The notes under the pieces are model-generated. The model ran no database searches. It was not told the DNA's origin and worked only from the letters and a program-made list of their open reading frames with translations. Positions 36,083-40,085 of a stretch of DNA of 40,085 bases are shown here, in pieces. Each line of letters opens with the position of its first letter. Position 1 is the first letter of the stretch. Origin of the DNA: Cyanophora paradoxa CCMP329 (Eukaryota; Plantae; Glaucophyta); assembly GCA_004431415.1 (NCBI GenBank), contig QPMI01000333.1, forward strand, positions 1 to 40,085. The letters run 5' to 3'. Made by a program: the position numbers and the translations under genes.

Positions 36083-37932
36083 CTAGATCTCGAGGAAGAA
36101 CACGCGCGCGTCGACGGGGGCGGCGGGGAGGGCGGAGGCGAGGGCGCCCCGGGCGCGCGCGGCGAGGGCCCGGGCGCGCTCCCTCTGCCGAATGTGCACG
36201 AGGAGCTCGAGGCGTAGCTTGGCGCCGCTGGGGCCGGGGCGGGGCGGGAGGGCGGCGAGCGGGGCGAGGCCGGCGGCGAGGCGGGCGAGGCCGGCGCCGG
36301 CGACGCAGGCCTCCGTGGCGTGGAGGGCGAGCCGCTCGAGGCGCGGGGAGGCGAGGAGGGCGGCGGCGAGGGCGGGCGGGACGGCGGCCGCCTCCGCCTG
36401 CTCGGGCACTCCAGCGCGAGGCCGCGGAGGAGCGGCCCGGCGGCGGCGGCGAGCGCCGGCAGCGCCGGCGCGGCGGGGTCGGCGACGCGGAGGTCGAGGG
36501 TCTGGACGGTGGGCGGCGGGGCGGCGGCGAGGGCGGCGGCGAGGGCTGTGAGGGTGAGGGGCTCGCCGAGGGCGAGCTGCACGGCGGCGAGGCGCGGGGC
36601 CCGCAGCAGGCGCCCGATCGTGAGCTGCGTGATGGCCGGCCGCCCCGTGCGAATCTGCAGGGGCCGGGGATTCGCATGCATAGAGGGGAGGGGAGGGGGG
36701 GGGGGGGGGGGGGGCGCACGGAGGGGTAGCCCACAACGCGCTCCAGCTGGGGCAGGTGGGCCAGGGCGCTCAGATCGGCTTCGTGGAGGAGAAACGGCAC
36801 CGGGCCGTTCTTGGCCCGCGGCCTGCCGGCGGGGCTTGCAACTCTGGCGAAGTTCGACGGGAGGGGGGTACGGCAGCGCACTCGAAGCGAAGCTCGCGGA
36901 GCGAGTCTCCCAGGGGGGTACTGGGGAGAACGGAGAGACGCAGAACGTCCTGCCAGGCCAAAGTCAGGTACGAGGGAAGAGGAAGGAGCGCCCTCCAAGG
37001 GGGTACCATGGCCCGAGAGTCTCTGGGGTAGAGGACGATTCGCTCGAGGCGGAGAGGAACGATCCGGGCCAGACACATCGCTCCGCAGCACAGCTGCAAG
37101 CAGCGCAGCGCGGGGAGGCGGGCCGCGATGGCTGCCGCCGAGGCAACGCTTGGGCACACGTTGGGCGGCAGGCGGAGGGCCCGCAGCCCGGCGATCGGTG
37201 CGAGCCGCTCCTCCGGAATCTCCAGAGCACGACGCAGGTGGTCCCACCGGCCACTGGTGCTGAGCTCCCCACGCTGGTAGACGGTGCTGAGCAGCTCGAG
37301 CTCCTGCAGAGGGCCGGGCGCCCCGCCCGGCGCCAGCGCGCCGAGCACGTCGGCGACGTGCCGCCGGAAGAGCTGCTCCGCCGAGTCGGAGAAGAGGAAT
37401 TTGACGCGCACGCTCCTGCAGCGCCCCGCCAGAGCCGCGAGAAGACGGATGCTGCAGCTGGAGAGCTCCTCCGCACACTCGACGCTGACGCTGAGGTCGC
37501 CGCCCTTGAGCCTACCGTCGCGCACTAGCTGCTCTAATCTGCTGAGCGCCACGCCCCACTGCTCCTCCGCCCGACACAGGACGCCCAGCTTCCCGCCGTC
37601 GAAAGTCGCGCCCTCGACGGCGTCCCGAAGCGCTCGGCTCACGCGCCGAGCGCGGAACGCATCCTGTAGCGGCAAGAACTGCACGACCCTGCGCGGCGCG
37701 TGACCTCGTGGGCGGCGTAATCGGCGTGGCCGCTCGCACCTCAAATGGAGTTCGCTGGGCAGTCTCTCGAACAAGCTGGCGGTTGCCTCCCGAGCATGCA
37801 AAGTTGCAGACGACGTGCCTGCGCATGCGATGGGCGAGAGAAAAGCGAACGTTATCGTACGCATGCGCGCGTGCAGCGCACGACCCCCGCACCATCTTTG
37901 TGCTTCGAGCTGCGTTTCGAGCTCGGCTTCAT
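36083..37932 (-). CDS. F-box/LRR-like protein, paralog D
   Basis: MKPSSKRSSKHKD G|..., LFERLPSELHLR|VVQFLPLQDAFRARRVSRALRDAV. Same intron phases as A-C. One apparent frame slip near 36405. Confidence 0.78.
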
Positions 37933-38126
37933 TCGCCTGCGGCTGCATTCGCCAAATTTCGTCTCGCCGCCGGGTACACGCTCGACTGAAAACGGGCGCC
38001 GCTGGAATCGAGCCCGGCCGGCGCGAGTGGCCACCAACGGGCGAAAAAGCTAGCAGCTGCCACAGCGGCGCAGCCAGCAGAGGATCCGGCGCTGCGTCTC
38101 TAGGTGCGCAGCAGCGGTGCGCCGCG

Positions 38127-40085
38127 ATGCACGGCGCGTCGTTCGGCTCGGCGTCGGTCGGCGCATGGAGCGCGGCTCCCTCGGGGCCTGCAGCGGCGTC
38201 CGGAGGGGCGCCTTTCATGATCAGCTGCCTGCCCGACGAGATCCTCCGGCAAGTGCTCCGCTGCCTCCTGATCTCCCAGAGCCTCGTCCCGGCCCGGTGC
38301 GTACTGGCGCTCGGCGCGCGCGCACGCCCGTTCAGCCTGTCATCGAGTTCGATCGCTCACGCCTCGTCCCGCGCTCCCCGCCCGGCCGCAGGCTGGTGTG
38401 CAAGAGGTGGAAAGTGGTTGCCGACGAGCTGCTGCCCCTCTCGCGTTTCCGCAACGCCGTGAGTCCTCTCAAGCTCTCTGCTCTCCGCGCGCCGGATCCG
38501 CTGCTGCAAGCGCTGACCTCGAGCTCGCGCCGCCGGCGGGCGCAGCTGGAGGCGTTCTTGACGGAGGGCCCCGGCTCGGAGGTGGACCGGAGGCTGGCGG
38601 ACTTCGTCGAGCGGGAGGCGAGCGCGCCGGAGCGCCTCATACGCCTGCTGGACCGCGCCCCGGGCTGGGCCGTGCCGGAGCGCCTCCTGCCCGACTTCGA
38701 CGCGCGCCTCGCCGGCTCGGCCGCGGGCGGGCGCGACGAGGACGCGGCAAGGCGGCGAGGGGCCGCGCGGGCGGTCGCCGCCTGGGTGCTGGGACGGCCC
38801 GCCGGGGGTCGCGGGGCCGCCCCGGCGAGTGCGCCGCGCTCGGCCTCTTCTGCGGGCGCGCCGGCGACACCCGGCAGCTCCTCGCAGCCATCGAGGGCCA
38901 CGCCAGACCCGCCGTAGCGGTGCACGGCCCCTTTCGCGTCCCGGACCAGCCCCGCGCGCTTCTCCGATCCGACGGGCGTGCCGCAGGGCGAGGCGGACAC
39001 GCACTTCGGGCGGCTGGCCGCGCTCGAGTTCGGAGCGGCGCTCGCCGTCCTCCTCATGTCCCCCCGCTACGCCCACGAATTCTCCGAGCAGGGTCCGCCC
39101 GTGCCGTCCGCCCGCCTCTGCTCGGGGCCCGCGCCAGACGCCGCCGGCAGCGCACGCGCTCCTGGAGGCGGTGCGGGCGCTCGAGGCGGAGCACGGCGGC
39201 GCGGGGCGGGCGGAGGGGGCGGCCGCGGACCAAGAGGGCCTCACCGCCGAGCAGCGCGCCATCGTCGACACTGACGTGCCCCGCGGCGAGCTCCTGAAGG
39301 TGCTCTAAATCCCCACTGCGCTTCCTGCTCGCACTTGGTGAGGAACGGGCCTGCGCCGGCCGCGCCCGCGAGCAGGCCAACGCGTTTGCTGGGACGGGCA
39401 AGACGACAGTAATCACGGCGTTCGCGAGGAAGCGCCCGGACAATAGATTTCTGTACGTCTGCTACAACAGGCGCGTCAAGTAGCGTAACGACACATTAAT
39501 ATTTAAATTGTGTTATCGATTTGCGAGAACTGAATTCGAAAACGGCGCCCGGCCGCGATCGCAGCTCCACTGCAGAGGAGGCACTCAGGCGCTTCGGCCT
39601 CATAGACGACGACGAGAGCGACAAGAAGGACGACAAAGACAAGAAGGACGACAAGAAGGACGACGACAAGGAGAAAGCTGCGAAGAGGCTGGAAAACGTC
39701 GATGTGCGCTTTCCGCGCGCTCCACCCGTCTGCGAATTCGAGCCGACCGTGCCGAACGCAGGTGAGGACGACGCATTCGCTAGCGATGGAAGCGGTCGGG
39801 CGCCCGCTCGCGAACGCTGGCAAGCTGAAGAATGATCTCAACGTGAAGAACGTGCGATGCTTTCTCGAGTCGAGCGGCCACTTAAACGACGTTCGCCTCC
39901 CCAAGCAACGCGTGCGCTGCAGCTGCCGTGCCCCCCCCCCCCCCCGCCTCTCTAGATTTCCCGTCCCGCCGCACCCCAGCCGACGCCGGCTGTCTGGATC
40001 CTCAGGACAAGCAGTTCGCGCGGGCGCGCGCCGTGAAGGAGACAGTCGTCGCCTTCATGGCCTCGGCCGGCGATGAGATCGGGGT
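38127..40085 (+). CDS. FBH1: F-box DNA helicase 1-like (F-box + UvrD/SF1 helicase), 5' part only
   Basis: F-box ISCLPDEILRQVLRCL...LVCKRWKVV; Q motif LTAEQRAIV; Walker A AFAGTGKTT; motif Ia FLYVCYN; Ib RTTHSLA. Continues beyond the window; start codon approximate. Confidence 0.88.

Noticed and set aside
23815-37932. Diversity-generating retroelement or transposon driving F-box variation
   Set aside because: No reverse transcriptase, transposase, template/variable repeat pair or terminal repeats are visible in this window.

Overview
Very GC-rich eukaryotic nuclear DNA with many short introns (about 50-115 bp), so the six-frame ORF track mostly shows fragments and I spliced the gene models by hand. 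The plastid-type transit peptide on UROD (MEAFATPAP..., early Phe) and the intron style suggest an alga, most plausibly a glaucophyte such as Cyanophora (inference). Gene order: UROD/hemE (+), a Cys/His-rich unknown protein (-), an F-box/LRR-like gene (+), a DDT/MBD-like/WHIM chromatin protein (-), PP2A catalytic subunit (+) and mitochondrial-type DnaJ (-). A tandem array follows: [6TM voltage-gated channel (+) / F-box-LRR (-)] twice, a channel 3' remnant, two more F-box-LRR paralogs, and an FBH1-like F-box UvrD helicase (+, runs off the window end). Most notable: the F-box-LRR paralogs keep a conserved scaffold with hypervariable, AT-richer loops; both channel copies have a non-canonical filter (TVGGIQ instead of TVGYG); a (G/C)TACCCC motif pervades gene bodies; and GC-AG introns are frequent.
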